Assembly: GCA_025594325.1 (NCBI GenBank)
Contig: JANHCV010000002.1
Span: forward strand, 1,612,001-1,676,000
Direction of reading: 5' to 3'
Length of the DNA stretch: 64,000 bases
DNA from: Blastocladiella emersonii ATCC 22665
Taxonomy: Eukaryota; Fungi; Blastocladiomycota
Shown here: positions 1 to 11,025 of the stretch, in pieces
How the letters are laid out: the number at the start of each line of letters is the position of its first letter
Position numbering within the stretch: position 1 is the stretch's first letter
Notes under the pieces: model-generated
What the model saw: the letters and a program-made list of their open reading frames with translations, nothing else
Database searches by the model: none
What the model was told of the DNA's origin: nothing
Translations under genes and position numbers: made by a program

Positions 1-123
1 AGGGAACTTGCGGTGGTTTTGACCAGCACGCCAGCCAGCACGCGCTTCCCAACTCAGCTTCCGACTTGCTCGCCAGTCACTTCGCCCCTCCCAACTCACA
101 CTCGCTGATGCAACGAATGAATC

Positions 124-1965
124 ATGGACTTTCTGCAACACAAGCTTGATGTTGATGCCATTGTCGAGGCGATCCTCGTCCGCGCCGTCCTGCTACACGG
201 CAACCGCGACGAGGACGTCGCCGGCGTGCTCCCGTACTTGCGCGTTCTGCCGCGGTCCCGCGCTCCAAAGGTTACCAAGGCCGTCCTATACCACATTCCG
301 AGTCTCTCAATCAACGCTGCTACACGGAGTGGAAACGCCAAGCTTCTCCAGCTCTGGCGCAGCATCATCAAGGGGCGCCTCTACATCGAGCGAGGAGACG
401 TCGAACAGGCCATGGACGCTAGCTTCGAGGATGTCCTCGAGTTTTGGCGCAATGAAGACACCTCTGTCAACTATTTGCCTCACGCGATCCCCAAGCTTCG
501 TGTCGCATTCGACCTGTTCGCGCCTTCGCCTGTGCCCGGGGTCGGACCTGGTGACATGGCATTGGTTCGCATTGCCCATGCCGTTTCCGCGGGTACCTTG
601 ACCGAAATCAACCTCAAGGGCCAGCGAGTCACCGCCGCTGGCACCAAGGTGCTTACGCACGCGATGTCTTCACCGTCGCAACGCATCCAGTCCATTCGTC
701 TCGTTCTTTGCGACCTTACTGCTGAAAATTTGCTTCATCTGCGCTTGCCTATGTCGGTCACGACGCTCGTTCTGAGCGAAAATCGGCTCCGTGGATTGGG
801 ACAGTTTATGCCGTACCTGCCCAGCTCCCTGACCAAGCTGACGCTCGACCACTGCGACTTGGACTCGACTACGCTCACTCGTTTGGCGCCGCTGCTACCT
901 CCCGCCCTCCTTCATCTCGATCTGACCTATTGCAGGGCGGACGTCGCGGCGCTCACCGCACTTGGACTTCATCTCCCGCCCAACCTACAAAGCCTTGCAC
1001 TCACCGGCTGTATCGGGATCAACAGGGTCGTGGACGATACTCTTCGACCCATCATCGACCACCTTCCCGCTTCGCTCGTTTCGCTCGATGTCTCGCGCAA
1101 CCGATTCGACGAAACCGACGTACGTATGCTCGTGGATCGCCTCCCCTCGCTCAAACGCCTCGCTCTGCTCGACATCAACACATGCTGTCTTATGGGAATC
1201 TGGCTGGTGGATATCGTTGCGGCACTTCCTGACACGGTCGAGTATCTCAACCTGAGCTTCAACGAGATGCCGGCTTCGGCTATTGACGGGCTAGCCGCCC
1301 GTAATCTGCCGCGGCTTCGCGAGCTCCGCACCACCAACGTTCCGGCTCAGGCGGCGTCAAATTTCCTATCGTCGCTCCCTGCCTCTCTCACCGAACTTTC
1401 GCTTGCGGTGGAGAATGGTGACGTACACGAGCTTCCAGTTGCCCTGCGCGGATTTTTCGCGCGCGCGGCTGGCCTCCAAACATTCAAGTTTGACTACTTC
1501 GATGCTCTAGGGGCCCCCGACCTCCGACAGTTTGTCGACTCACTTCCTCTCACCATCACGTCCTTTTCGGTTAAGTACTGCCAGCCCGGGCTAGATGTGA
1601 TCCCGCGGCTCCTTGCACGTCTGTCTGCGCCGACCGTGACGCACCTCGCGCTCCCGCGTATTCCATTGACTGGTCTTGCGCTCGAGGCTCTTGTCGAGTG
1701 GCTGGCTGACGCGTCGTCCCTGGTTGAGCTCGATATGGAAGGTACTGGGCTCAACAATGCTGGGTTTGCCCAGCTCGTCGTTGCGCTGCCTGTCACGCTC
1801 GAGTCCCTCCATTTCTGCGACAACTTTGTGGACGACGCGATCATTGGCATGCTCGAGGCTCGCGCGTTGCCTCGGCTGACGTATTTGGGGTATTTTGACA
1901 CGCACATGTCTCCAGCAGGGGAGAACTGGATGTATATGTGGAATTTGCAGCGCGGAGGTGATTGA
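124..1965 (+). CDS. RNI-like leucine-rich-repeat protein with family N-terminus (ILVRAV motif, ankyrin-like segment), 613 aa
   Basis: Uninterrupted ORF. Repeated LPxSLxxLxLxxN/C units (LPMSVTTLVLSEN, LPSSLTKLTLDHC, LPASLVSLDVSRN). N-terminus aligns by eye with the ORFs at 7899 and 53988. Confidence 0.85.
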   Translation: MDFLQHKLDVDAIVEAILVRAVLLHGNRDEDVAGVLPYLRVLPRSRAPKVTKAVLYHIPSLSINAATRSGNAKLLQLWRSIIKGRLYIERGDVEQAMDASFEDVLEFWRNEDTSVNYLPHAIPKLRVAFDLFAPSPVPGVGPGDMALVRIAHAVSAGTLTEINLKGQRVTAAGTKVLTHAMSSPSQRIQSIRLVLCDLTAENLLHLRLPMSVTTLVLSENRLRGLGQFMPYLPSSLTKLTLDHCDLDSTTLTRLAPLLPPALLHLDLTYCRADVAALTALGLHLPPNLQSLALTGCIGINRVVDDTLRPIIDHLPASLVSLDVSRNRFDETDVRMLVDRLPSLKRLALLDINTCCLMGIWLVDIVAALPDTVEYLNLSFNEMPASAIDGLAARNLPRLRELRTTNVPAQAASNFLSSLPASLTELSLAVENGDVHELPVALRGFFARAAGLQTFKFDYFDALGAPDLRQFVDSLPLTITSFSVKYCQPGLDVIPRLLARLSAPTVTHLALPRIPLTGLALEALVEWLADASSLVELDMEGTGLNNAGFAQLVVALPVTLESLHFCDNFVDDAIIGMLEARALPRLTYLGYFDTHMSPAGENWMYMWNLQRGGD

Positions 1966-2288
1966 TCGGACCTTGAAAGAAATACGTTGTACGAGTTGTT
2001 ATAGCTTTGACGTAGAGCGGGGCGTGCGTCCGTCGCGGTGCTTCTAGGACATGGATGTCAACGGAGAGTCGTGTCGCGCCACTTCGTGATCACACGAACC
2101 AAGCCAGCCGGTCGGTCATGTTTGTTTGGCCTCGCGCGTTCCAGCTCCCGGGACCTCACTCGTCGAGGAAACGACGGAACCACAGCCTTGACACAACTCA
2201 ATCTTGTCGTTGACGAGATGACCAAAGACATCCTGGTCTGAGCCATCTTGTTGTACCATGGAGCCGACACGAATGCCGCGCCGCGCTG

Positions 2289-2340
2289 ATGATGATGAGA
2301 TGATGAAGACGCTGATGACGATGAGATGATGAAGACGCTG
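2289..2340. repeat. Short tandem duplication (about 27-bp unit GATGAGATGATGAAGACGCTG, two copies)
   Basis: Read directly in the sequence. Confidence 0.7.
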
Positions 2341-3019
2341 TTCGGCGCACTGCTTGACGCCGCTTCGCCCAAGTTGTCGCCGCGCTTCCTGAATCGCTCG
2401 AGTTGTTGAGCTTGTCCGGGAATCCCGTGGACGATGGCGCCGTCGATGCGCTCGTTGCCCCGCTTGATGCCGTGTATGTTTTCAAGCACTGGCGTGCCGA
2501 CTGATGGCGACGCGCATGAGGGTGCTTGATCTCGGCCACTGAAGCAACCGCCAAAACACTCCATCTTCTTTCCTTATGACGAGCAACGTTGCTGCGACGC
2601 CGAAGGGAGGACGCGTCGCGCCACCTGCGCCACCTGCGCCGTTTCGGCCACGGTGACCGACCGCGTGGGCGAGCGCGGCTGATAGGACGGCGGTCGGGGA
2701 CACGTCGGACGCGATGTCCTCTCGATCCTGAGGGCAAGCTGCTCGTCACCACTCTGGCAATGAATCCCACTCTATGCAACGACCGTTTGACGTGATGATG
2801 ACACTGATGTGACTCGGAAGCGAGCGGCGCCAGCGGGTGGGTGTCGCCGGAAGCGCGCGGTCGCACCCGTTTGCACGAAATCGAGGCGCTGGGCGCGCTC
2901 GCGAACCGCAAGAGGGATGAGCGCCCACTTTGGGCGCTGGCCTGGAACCCGCCAATCGCTGCGCTGCTCCCTTCTTTCTCTCGTTCAACGATCCCCGCGT
3001 ATCATATCCAACAACTACC

Positions 3020-5437
3020 ATGCAGTCCGAGGTCCTGATCGGCCTGCTCGAGTACGGCCTCTGGTCGACGCTGGCGCGTCTCGTCCTCGTCGGCCTGATC
3101 ACGAACGCGACGTACCAGCTGTTCCTGGTGCCGCGCCCGGGGCTGGCGCTCGCCATGCAGTTGTCACTGACGGACGGGCTCAAGATGGTCGGCGCCTACG
3201 CCAAGCCGCGGCTGACGCGCGCCCCGCGCAAGGTGCTGCTCGCCGTCGGGCTCGCCCTGATCGCGCTGTCGGCCAAGCTCGGCGACTACGTCGCCACCTC
3301 CTACTTCACCAACTCGCAGGCGCGCAACTCGGTGCGCGTCGCGTGGGTGCGCCAGACCAACGACCTCGTGCGCAAGTTCGTCCCCGACTCGTACCTCGGC
3401 CTGCCCGTGCCGCGCATCGCCGTCGTCGACATCCTCTCGGTCATTGCCGGGAAGTACTACGAAAAGGTCCGCCAGTCGAGCGTGTGGCTGCGCACCTACG
3501 GCGCCTTCACCGAGGCCGATCTCGCCGCCCAGCTGCTCGTCGATGCTGATACCGACGGCAAGCACTGCGGCTCGAACATCAAGGAGTCGTTTGCCGCGAG
3601 CAACATCTCGACGTTCCTCACCAACCTGACGTACTTTGGCCCGACGGGCCGGCTGCGCCTCGACGACCCGATGCGCCCGCAGCTCAACGTGTTCGGCCTC
3701 GAACTGTACCCGATGCGACTACAGTTCGGCCACGCCACCGGGTCCTACTACACGGTCGCGGTGCCCGTCCCCGTCGGGTACGCGGGCGAGTCGTCGTCGC
3801 TCGAGTGGAACGGCGGCCGCAACGTCGCCGACATGGCGAAAAAGGACACCTCGCGCGGCTCGCAGTCTTCGTCGCGCGTCACGCAGCACGGCGTGCTCAA
3901 CGACGAGTACAACCTCGTCGGCTACGAGATCGAGTGCGGGCTGACGCCGAGCGACGTTAATGCGTGGATTGACGGCAAGGCCGCCGACGCCGCCAAGTCG
4001 GCGCGCAAGTACGGGCTGGGCTTCGACTTCCGCACGTCCGGGTCCAACGTGTCCGCGTCGACGCTGCAGCTGCACACGTCCGACGTGAACCTCGCGTACC
4101 TCGACATGTCGCGGTGGGACAACCTCGACGACGACAAGCTGTACTCGAACGGCCGCCACATCGCCATGCTCGCGTCTGTCGACCCGGCGATGCTGGGCAA
4201 CGGCACCACCGAGTTCCTGACGTTCGCGTCGACGTCGGTCGGCGACACGCGCGCGGTGCGGCTCGCCGCGCACACGGTCTCGGACGCGATCGAGGTGCCC
4301 GCGCTGTTCCGCCAGGCCAACGGGCAGTCGGGCATGTACGTGACGTCGACGGGCATCGCGCTGACCGAGAAGCCCAAGGTCGAGTGCGCCAAGACCACGG
4401 GGTCGACGGCGCGGTACGACGTGAGCTCGGGCAAGCCGCAACCAAGCGACGCCGACACGGTCGCGGCGCGCAGTAATCCGTTCGACTGGTCCAAGTCGCG
4501 CGGGTTCACGGCCGACCCGGAGAAGTGCACGCTCGCGCTCAAGGGCGTCCGCGACTCGACGCAGCTGCGAGGGCGCGTCGGGCCCGCCGACACCGCGGCC
4601 ATGACGTACTACGGCGCGGCGCAGGTGTGCCGCGTGCGGCTGCAAAAGTACGAGGTGCGCGGGTTCAAGCCGGCCGACGGGACTGCGCGCGAGACGTACG
4701 CGTCACTGATCACGGCCGTCGAGGCGGTGCCCGTGACGGGCGTGAACGAGGTCGAGGTGCGGTGCCTGCCGCGCGTCGACGGCAAGCCCAAGGCGACGCC
4801 GGGCCAGTTTGGCGCGCTGCTCAGCAACCTGTTCGGCGACGACACGGCCGCGTGGGTGCGGTACCGGCTCATCGGGTCCAACACGGGCGGGCTGCTCGGC
4901 AGCACCGCCTCGACCGCGTACGAGTCGTGGGAGGACCCCGACGGCCCGCAGAGTTACTCGCGCACGCTGATCCGCGTGCCCGTGTGGCACTTCATCGCGT
5001 TCGTCGCCGTCCTCGTCATCTCGGCCGGACTCGCGTACGCCGGGTTCGGGTCCATCTTCGACCTCGTCATGTCGCAGGTCTACGCGTTCGCGTACCTGCC
5101 CGGCGCCGCGCCCGCCAACTCGCACGCGCGCGACGGCGAGGACGACGACAAGGCCGACGCCAACTGCCTCCCGACCGCGGCGGGCGGGACCTCGGACATT
5201 GACATCATGCAGAAGGCGACGCTCGCGCTCGTCGAGATCCCCGACGCACTCGCCAACGGCCACCCGACCAGGGTGATCCGTCTCGTCCCCGTCTCGGACC
5301 GCGGCGAGCCCGTCGTCTACTCGCCCGCCAGCGAATCGGCGGGACCCGTCCTGGCCACGTCCGCGCGGTACGCGACGGTGCACCGGCGCGCGCAGGCGCT
5401 CGATAAGGGCGACGAGGAGTTTGCGACCAAGCCGTAG
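3020..5437 (+). CDS. Intronless membrane protein of unknown family (about 805 aa; two N-terminal hydrophobic segments, large Cys-containing soluble domain, one C-terminal TM)
   Basis: Long ORF with strong GC3 bias. First ATG at 3020 (MQSEVLIG). Hydrophobic stretches [29 protein letters not shown] and WHFIAFVAVLVISAGLAYAGF. Confidence 0.75.
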   Translation: MQSEVLIGLLEYGLWSTLARLVLVGLITNATYQLFLVPRPGLALAMQLSLTDGLKMVGAYAKPRLTRAPRKVLLAVGLALIALSAKLGDYVATSYFTNSQARNSVRVAWVRQTNDLVRKFVPDSYLGLPVPRIAVVDILSVIAGKYYEKVRQSSVWLRTYGAFTEADLAAQLLVDADTDGKHCGSNIKESFAASNISTFLTNLTYFGPTGRLRLDDPMRPQLNVFGLELYPMRLQFGHATGSYYTVAVPVPVGYAGESSSLEWNGGRNVADMAKKDTSRGSQSSSRVTQHGVLNDEYNLVGYEIECGLTPSDVNAWIDGKAADAAKSARKYGLGFDFRTSGSNVSASTLQLHTSDVNLAYLDMSRWDNLDDDKLYSNGRHIAMLASVDPAMLGNGTTEFLTFASTSVGDTRAVRLAAHTVSDAIEVPALFRQANGQSGMYVTSTGIALTEKPKVECAKTTGSTARYDVSSGKPQPSDADTVAARSNPFDWSKSRGFTADPEKCTLALKGVRDSTQLRGRVGPADTAAMTYYGAAQVCRVRLQKYEVRGFKPADGTARETYASLITAVEAVPVTGVNEVEVRCLPRVDGKPKATPGQFGALLSNLFGDDTAAWVRYRLIGSNTGGLLGSTASTAYESWEDPDGPQSYSRTLIRVPVWHFIAFVAVLVISAGLAYAGFGSIFDLVMSQVYAFAYLPGAAPANSHARDGEDDDKADANCLPTAAGGTSDIDIMQKATLALVEIPDALANGHPTRVIRLVPVSDRGEPVVYSPASESAGPVLATSARYATVHRRAQALDKGDEEFATKP

Positions 5438-5689
5438 TGGGTCTACGGCGAGTAATATAGATATAGAAGCTTCAATTTGACGGTGCGATTCGTCAGGTCG
5501 AGTATCTAACCGAGTTGTGCGATTCGAAGCCTTAATGCGCGAATGAAAAGCTCGCAGCGGCTGGGGCTTCAGCACGTCGGCATGCTGATGCCCATGGACG
5601 CGTCGCGAAATCACGTTTCGCACACGTGTTGGAGATCATTGACGATCACAAACGTTACGCGCGTCTATTTCATGTCCTATATGTCGTCT

Positions 5690-6672
5690 CTATGCGGTGC
5701 GAATATTCTTGGGCTCCTCAACTGGCACGCCGGCGGGGGCAGACCCCATCCACCTCGTGGTCGAGCTCGGGACAGCAAGGGCCGCGAACGCTGGCGAGGC
5801 GGGTGAGCCGTACATGGGAACGGGCGGGTAGGGCGACGGAATCACGCTGGCCGCGGACACGTTGGGCGTCGAGAAACCGCCAAACGCAGCGGTGGACGGA
5901 GGGCGCGGCATCGACATGGTCCCGTACATCGGTGCGGGAAGCGCAGAGGCCTGCGGCTGCGGCATGTCCAAGGTCCCGTACGCGGGCGTCGGAGCGGGTC
6001 CCGTGTATAGCGGCTGCGGCTGCGGCATGCTCATGGTCGGGTACGCGGGCGCCGCAGCGGGGCTCGGGTAGTGCGGCGGCGCGTAGCCGGTACTCGCCTG
6101 CGGCAAAGGCGCTGGGGCGTGCGAGCAAGCAGCAGCCTGAGGTGCAGCGTTACTCGGCGGAGTGTTGATAGGTTGGTAAAACTGCACAATCCGAACGCGG
6201 CTGCGACGGACGAGATTCGCAAGGCATCCAAGAATGATCAGGCCGCCAACTGCGACCCCCACGTAAATGAATACAATGCTGCTGGAGCTGTCGTCGGACA
6301 GCGCGTCGCACGAGGACTTGAAGGCGCGGTCGACTAACGTGCCGTCCTCGTTGTAGAAGATGCATCCGCTCGCGCCCGAGGACGACTTGCGCACCCAGTA
6401 GCCCGGAGACCCGTTGTAGAAGGAAAGCGGGTAAATGTCTAGACGGATGCCGCGATCAGCGACTCGGGCGACGGGACGGAGAAGGCGCAAGGCGGTCCCG
6501 TACCGCCATACCGCGCAGTCCCTGCTGGAACGAACGCGGTTGAGTTGCTGGGCGGAAATGCCGAGGAGACACTGGACCCGAAGGAACCCTTGGGCATGGG
6601 CACGGGCTCGGCGAGGACAGCGGCCGCCGCGATGAGGGCGACGAAGGTGAAAGTGCGATACAAGTGCTTCAT
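5690..6672 (-). CDS. Single-pass type I membrane protein with small 2-Cys ectodomain and Pro-rich PPxY tail (one intron)
   Basis: Signal peptide MKHLYRTFTFVALIAAAAVLA. Predicted phase-1 intron GTACGG...CTAG. Ectodomain YPLSFYNGSPGYWV...GCIFYNEDG...C, TM IVFIYVGVAVGGLIILGCLA, tail with PPHY. Confidence 0.75.
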
Positions 6673-7898
6673 GAGGATCCGTAGGTGTCGACGTCGTGTG
6701 TTCCAAAAAGAGCGAGAGCAGCCGCTGGCAAGCTTCATTATTTATTGGGGAGAACGAGTCAAGCGCGCTGCGTGGGCCCGAGGGTTTGGTTTGTGGCGAG
6801 ACGACGACCGTGGCGACGCTGGACCGTCACCAGACCAGACGAATTTGATCATCTGGGCCTCGTGGGCCTCAAATGTCGAGCGCAAGAGTTGTTCTCTCCA
6901 GCATGTTTCAAAGTGCGCAACGCGATCGCATGCGAGGGTGATCCGTTCGAGGTCTAGCGAGCCCTGCTGTCGTGTTCAATCGGGTACCCTCCTTTGCCCG
7001 CCGCCATGAAGATCGCCGCGCTCCCTTGCGTTGCCACAAGTGTTTGGTAATTGATGTCTGGTTCAGCTAGTCTACCGTGAGAGATATCAGGCCTGCATTT
7101 CGAGAGCTGCCCCGTCATCAACCTTCTGATCAGCCTGCGCTTGTAGGGCCAAAACAGAGCGCGTTCCTGGTGCCCGGAGTACACTGCCACGCCACGCACA
7201 GGCGCAGAACTCGATCCGAACAATAGGATCCGTTGAGTTGTAACTGTTGCGTTGAGCAAAGCTGTCGGTGTCGCATCGGTCATCAAGGGCACAATGTCGC
7301 TCAAGTTCGCGGAAGGGTGCCCGAGCGTACGCCGGGTATCTCAGCAACTGCAGCACCGCGCTCACTCAACTGGTTTTCAGTGAATGGCGCTCCAGCACCT
7401 TCGCTGTGCCGCACGAGCGACCGAACGAAGCGCGAGCGAAGTGCGACGGGACGCGTTGCGCCACTCACATGACCCTCGACGCGACCTCGATGTTCTCGAG
7501 GAGCGCCTGGATGAGCAACCTTCCAAAATGTGTTCGCTTAACTAGCTGCGACGTATGCCGTCCGATCAGCTGAAGAGACAGGTCTGTCGTACCAAGTTCG
7601 GTCCTTCGGGCTAATCCCCTCGACGGCCATGGACCCGTTGAGAAGTTGGTGGCGCGGTGCCCTAAGTCTCGACCGCACTGTGCAGTACTGACGTTGGACT
7701 GCACCTGTGTCGCGATACTCAAGGAGCTTGGTCGCAGCGATACCCTCAACGCCAGGACCCAACTTTGGCACCCCGGTGTTCGGGGAGCTGCGAGGACGGC
7801 AGGGTTCGGCTGGGCGCAGGGCCAGGTCGACGCTCGCGGGACGAGCTGCAGTTGTCCTACCTCACACACACACACTCCATGCATTGCAACGTAAGCGG

Positions 7899-9467
7899 AT
7901 GAAACTCTCAATTACCCCGATTCTCGAGCAGATCCTCGTTCGCGCCGTCTGGGCGCACGATGACCCCGACGACGTGCCCGGCCTCTTGGCGTACTCGCGC
8001 GTGCTGAGCGAGGATGACGCACCGGGCGTTCATCTTGCTGTGCTTCAGCGCTCGCCGCGACTGTCGCCCGACAGCGCGAGCAGCCGCGGCGCGGTCCCGG
8101 TCCTCGACAAGTGGAAGGCGACGGGCCTCGAGATCGAGTTTACGGAGCTCGCGCTCACTTGCGCCGTCGACGGCGGGCATCTTTCGACGATCGAGTGGTG
8201 GCGCGACTCGGGCCTCGTCCGCCGCGAGCACTACCCGCACGACAACGACGGAGTGCTACCCGCGCTGGGACTTGAGATGTCTACTCCGAGCGTGGCCGAT
8301 CTCCACGCCGCGGTTTTCACGGCCGCCGCCACCGTGGCCTCGGGCGACATGCCAAACGTCCAGCTCATGATGACGCCGATCCGGATGCCCGACATCCACG
8401 CGCTCAACGAGGCGTTTGCGAGCCCGACGCAGGCGGTGCAGTCGCTCCACCTGTGGGGGTGCACCGTCGACTGGCCGCGCTTCTTTGCGTTCAAGCTTCC
8501 GCCGACGATCATCCACCTCGACTTTTTCTCGCAGTGGTGCGTCGCGCCGCCCAACCCGGACGACGTCGCGCGCTGGACGTGGCCGCCGCTGCTTGCCGCC
8601 ATGGGACTCCGGTTCCATATCGGCGGGCCGGTGTTCCCGCTGCGCACGCTTCCAGCGACGCTCGTGGAGCTCGATGTCTCGCGCTGCAAGATGGACGATG
8701 CGCTGGTCCTCGATCTCCTCTCGCTGTTGCCTCACTCGCTGAATGCGCTCGATCTGAGCGAGAACTCGCTGACTGGAACTGGGCTCACGCGCGCCGGACC
8801 GCTTCTCCCGCCGCAGCTCCAGAGTCTCCGCCTTGCGAGCACCAAGATCAGCACGCGCACCAACGAGCTCCACTTGGACTGGCACTTCCCGCTTACTCTC
8901 ACAAAACTTGTCGTCTCGAGCTGCGAGCTCAACGCTGATGCGGCGCATGCGCTTGCTCGCGCGATCCCGAGCTCGCTCACCTCGCTTGACATGCAGTACT
9001 GCACGCTCGACGACACGGCGGCCCACCGCGCACTCGCCGCCGCGCTTCCGCCCACGCTCGAGGTCTTGATCATGGGCAACATGGCCCTCGGCCACGACGC
9101 GCTGCACGAGTACACGACGCGTCTCCCGCCATCGCTGCGCGAGCTCAATGCGCCCGGGAACGCGTTTAGCGAGAGCAACATGCGCGAGCTCGCCGCGCAC
9201 ATGCCCGCGCAGCTCAAAGAGCTGTGGCTCGAGCGGACCGGGATCACCGACACATGTACGGCGGTTTTCGTGCCAGCGCTGCCGCGCACGCTCACGGTGC
9301 TGTGCATGAGCAAGAACAGGGGGTTGACGGATACGACGGCGTGCCTGCTCGCCGAGCATCTCGCGCCGCCGAACGTGGAGCGGCTGTACCTCTACAGTTG
9401 CAGTATCAGCCGCGAGGGGAAGGAGGTGATGTGCCGCAATATCCCAGCGACGTCCGTCTATTGCTGA
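7899..9467 (+). CDS. RNI-like LRR protein, paralog of 124..1965 (about 522 aa)
   Basis: ATG at 7899 (MKLSITPILEQILVRAV). Ankyrin-like ASSRGAVPVLDKW and AVDGGHLSTIEWW. LRRs LPATLVELDVSRC, LPHSLNALDLSEN. Confidence 0.85.
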   Translation: MKLSITPILEQILVRAVWAHDDPDDVPGLLAYSRVLSEDDAPGVHLAVLQRSPRLSPDSASSRGAVPVLDKWKATGLEIEFTELALTCAVDGGHLSTIEWWRDSGLVRREHYPHDNDGVLPALGLEMSTPSVADLHAAVFTAAATVASGDMPNVQLMMTPIRMPDIHALNEAFASPTQAVQSLHLWGCTVDWPRFFAFKLPPTIIHLDFFSQWCVAPPNPDDVARWTWPPLLAAMGLRFHIGGPVFPLRTLPATLVELDVSRCKMDDALVLDLLSLLPHSLNALDLSENSLTGTGLTRAGPLLPPQLQSLRLASTKISTRTNELHLDWHFPLTLTKLVVSSCELNADAAHALARAIPSSLTSLDMQYCTLDDTAAHRALAAALPPTLEVLIMGNMALGHDALHEYTTRLPPSLRELNAPGNAFSESNMRELAAHMPAQLKELWLERTGITDTCTAVFVPALPRTLTVLCMSKNRGLTDTTACLLAEHLAPPNVERLYLYSCSISREGKEVMCRNIPATSVYC

Positions 9468-9554
9468 TGGTCAGCTCGCAAGTGGATTCATTTATATATA
9501 TTGCATCGATTGCTTGTATCCTGCACGTCGCTGGTGGCCCGCCGCGCGAGCGCC

Positions 9555-10428
9555 TCACGCAGCACACTTTGCGCCAAGCAACTTATCCGCGCCCGCTCTG
9601 GTGACGCCATTGTTGTCCCTCAAGTTGAGCGCAAGGTCAAGCACTCGAGCGAGGCGAGGCTGGGCGGGAGCGCGCGGAAGAGTGCGGCGGCGACGCTCGC
9701 GGAGATTAGAGTGGACGCGAGGGTGAGATGTACGAGATTGGGTGGCCATGACCAATCGGCGGGAGCGAGGCCATGGAAAAACCACGCGTGCTTGAGAACA
9801 AGCTTCGTCAGCGAGGATGGAAACCGGAGCGCCCCGAGCCGCGCCAGGTTCCAAGTGCAGCTGTCGGAGCTGAGCGAGAGCGAGGTCCGCGTTCGGGGAC
9901 GATATGGCCACGTTGAGCGCGCGCATCCCGTTCACGCTGATCAGCTCGGACCTGAGCGCAAGCTCGGTGGCCATGTCAGTCGCGATCGCAAGCGTGGCCG
10001 CGTAGATCGCCGTGTCTGCGAGGCACAAACTGGCGCAGACCCGCGTCATACGCAAACCCGAGCGCGGCGGTTGCCATGGGGCCGAGATTCAAGGTAGGCA
10101 TGCTGGCGGCGACCGTTCCGGACGTGCGCCTCCAATGAAAGACGTCGAGCCGCCGTTCCCTCGCAGCGGCAAACGCGATCCGCGCGATGGAGAAGTTGGG
10201 CGGGAGGCCCGACGCGACCCAGAGGTCGAATTCACGGGTTGCGCCGCGAGTGCTCGGCTGGTACAGCGAGAGGTATCGTAAGCGGCGCAGGATTGCGCGG
10301 TAGACGGCGATTCTCTCCCGCCCGGGCAGGACGCGCGCGTCGTTCGCCATGCCCGCCACGTCGACGGGCTCGTCGTGTAATTAGACGGCGCGGACGAGGA
10401 TGCTCTCGTTGTGCGAGGTGATGTTCAT
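9555..10428 (-). pseudogene. Decayed copy of the LRR family
   Basis: MNITSHNESILVRAV-stop(10381-10383)-LHDEPVDVAG matches MKLSITPILEQILVRAVWAHDDPDDVPG. Downstream homology continues in shifted frames, with most LRRs missing. Confidence 0.7.
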
Positions 10429-11025
10429 TTGCTATGCATTGAGTGACTTGGTGGAGAGGGGGCCGGTTGCGGCGCTCGCGCGCGCTCGAGTCGGGTGAGC
10501 GGGGGTTCCGCCACCACCAGTCGAACAATCGAGACTTGCCGACCACCGACCACTCTAACACCGGCGTATGCTGGGAGGAGAACGAGGGCAGGGCGGGCGT
10601 GCCACGTCGACGGCGAGAGGACGCGTCGCGGTCGCGTGTGCGGCACGTGCTTGATCGCCGAGCGCCCATGAACCCGTGATCACGGGACGCGAGCGTAATG
10701 CAGAGGCGCCCTCATGTCGCGCGCGCGCCGCGAGTGCGCCCAAGTCGGAGCCGTGCCACGTCGCCGTCGCCCTCCTCCGGCTCCCCTCCCCCGCTCGCTC
10801 TCTCTCTCGGCCGCCCCAACCGCCCGCCCGGATCGCGCCCGTCAGACACTCGACGCAACGCAACGCATCACGGAGCGACGGACCCCCGACGAAGCACACC
10901 CACGACGACGCGCGCGGCTGGACCCTCGCTGCACTACAACCGACCTCGCTGGATCGCCCCTCCTTTGACCTTCACGCCATCCACCCGCCCGCGACTGCAA
11001 CCGCGACTGCACCGACGACGCCACC

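Noticed and set aside
2058-2564. 168-aa minus-strand ORF
   Set aside because: Partly built from the short tandem duplication, with no recognisable homology.
10069-10085. RFX X-box-like GTTGCCATGG
   Set aside because: The 3' half does not fit, it lies inside a pseudogene far from the ciliary gene, and no clear X-box was seen upstream of DNAH10.
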